The notes below the pieces were generated by a model that worked only from the letters and a program-made list of their open reading frames with translations, made no database searches and was not told the origin of the DNA. Both the position numbers and the translations under genes were made by a program. Positions 59,831 to 64,000 of a DNA stretch of 64,000 bases are shown here, piece after piece (the stretch's first letter is position 1; every line of letters begins with the position of its first letter). Source of the DNA: the human T2T-CHM13v2.0 reference genome, Homo sapiens; NCBI RefSeq assembly GCF_009914755.1, contig NC_060936.1; one strand, written 5' to 3'.

Positions 59831-61199
59831 TCAAAAAAAAAATAGAAAATGAAAAAAACGATAAGCTCAATAAGGGAAGGGATTTTTTTCTGTTTCTTCA
59901 CTGCTATATCCCTTACTCTCAGATAGCTCTGACACAATGATTAAGTATTTGTTAAATAAGCTATTGGCCACAAAAAGCAAATATGAAGTGGTTATCTAAT
60001 ATTCCAACATCAAAATATAAGCCTATATATGTAATATATACAATATAATATGTAAGCCAGCTTGGCCTGACCAGAAAATAAATTATATATATATGGCTAC
60101 TTCACTTAGTGCTTCCTCTAACTTCAGGACAGTTTCCTTAAAAATGAAATTAATGAATATTAGAATATATATTTAATATAAAGGTATTTCTGATCTCTTC
60201 AACTTATCTTCCTTACCTGTCTACATAGGCATACTAAAAATACTCAGTAACTCCATACATAATCTCACCAGAGAGAATTACTAGCATAATTCAATTAACT
60301 AAGTTGTACTGAAGCTCTAGTTTTAAGCTCCAAATGTAATAGGATGTAACAGAAAGAAGTCCAAAAAAGCAGGTAGGAAAACGAAACCTTTCTTCCTGTT
60401 TCTCTTGAGTCTTGAATAATTCAATCCTATTAACTCCTAAAAACTCAAAGCCAAGTCTATGAACTATATCCTATACACCATGACACTCTCAAAAACATAT
60501 TGTTTTTCAAATTTCCTTAATCAATCCATTTTTATCTTTCTGATGAAAGTTCATTTCCCAACTAAAGGTTAAAATATTATAGAAGTAAGTGATTCAGAAT
60601 CAAATCTATTCTGAAACAGATTTAAATGACACTAATATTACACAAAAGACCCTTGCAGGTAGACAGAATGATGGCTGGGAAAAGAGAATACAGCAACACA
60701 TCCTGCAAAGCCTAACTGCAAATTAAAGTGTGGCAACAAGGGGAAGGTTGCAGATGTTCTTTCTGTGTTACACAAGTCCCCATACTAGCCTGGGTACTTA
60801 TTCAAAGACACAATAAGATTGCATCCTCCATACTGGTCTGATTCCGAAACTTGTCTACAACAAAAGACATCATCTTAAAACTCTTGGTGACCTCAAAATG
60901 CTATGAACAAAATACAAATATGATATTCTTGGGCACTGACAAAACAAACTTCTAATACCCCTGAATTCCACTTAGATGGATTAACACAAATCTTCTCTGA
61001 ACAAAATTCAAAGCTTTCTTAAAAAAAAAGACACAAAAGCCAAAAAGCTACAACATATCAAGACCGAAACTACAATGCTATAAATATCCTGAAATGCCTC
61101 AAGGTGTGTAATTACTGAAGCTAATTAGTATTCTCAAAATTAAACATCCACTGCAATGCTCAAGGAATTGGAGAGGTGGGCAGAAAGAAAGAATGGGCA

Positions 61200-61886
<687 letters not shown>

Positions 61887-62089
61887 CTAGAATTAAACAA
61901 TATAACTTACTGAGAGAAGGAAAATGGTATCGACTTCATAAATCACAACTAAAATGTGACATGTTTTATTGATGTTATTCACAGGAAAGTGAGAATTAGG
62001 TGGGCAGGCTGAGAATTGCAATTTTATATATACATACATATAGAGAGAGGGGATAGAGATAGAGAGAGAGAGAGACAGAGACATAAACA

Positions 62090-63992
<1,903 letters not shown>

Positions 63993-64000
63993 TTATACAG

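Noticed and set aside
60205-60250. Possible 17-nt minus-strand microexon (TTTTTAG|TATGCCTATGTAGACAG|GTAAGG)
   Set aside because: Short polypyrimidine tract, not a multiple of 3, and such motif pairs arise by chance in 64 kb.

Overview
This is primate (very likely human) genomic DNA that looks like the interior of a large intron. It is densely packed with Alu elements (J, S and Y types, often nested or in tandem) inserted into older L1, L2, MIR, MaLR/ERV LTR and Tigger/MER DNA-transposon fossils. No credible protein-coding exon is present: almost all ORFs in the track are Alu, L1 or Tigger read-throughs. The main functional-looking unit is a ~3.4 kb repeat-free island (~20000-23430). It holds a candidate minus-strand alternative promoter and non-coding first exon with a MEF2 site, a TATA-like box, tandem ETS sites, a (TG)n tract, five uORFs and two 5' splice donors 21 nt apart. 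I cannot name the host gene from this sequence. Other notable items are a CDS-less H3-3A (H3F3A) 3'UTR retrocopy split by Alu insertions at four sites, a 79-bp locally templated insertion in Tigger1, a polyadenylated LTR12 end retroposed into an Alu, a poly(A)-only insertion with a TSD, and fold-back inversions in L1s. I found no convincing evidence of a new biological system. Repeat subfamily calls come from recalled consensus similarity, and boundaries are approximate unless TSDs are quoted.
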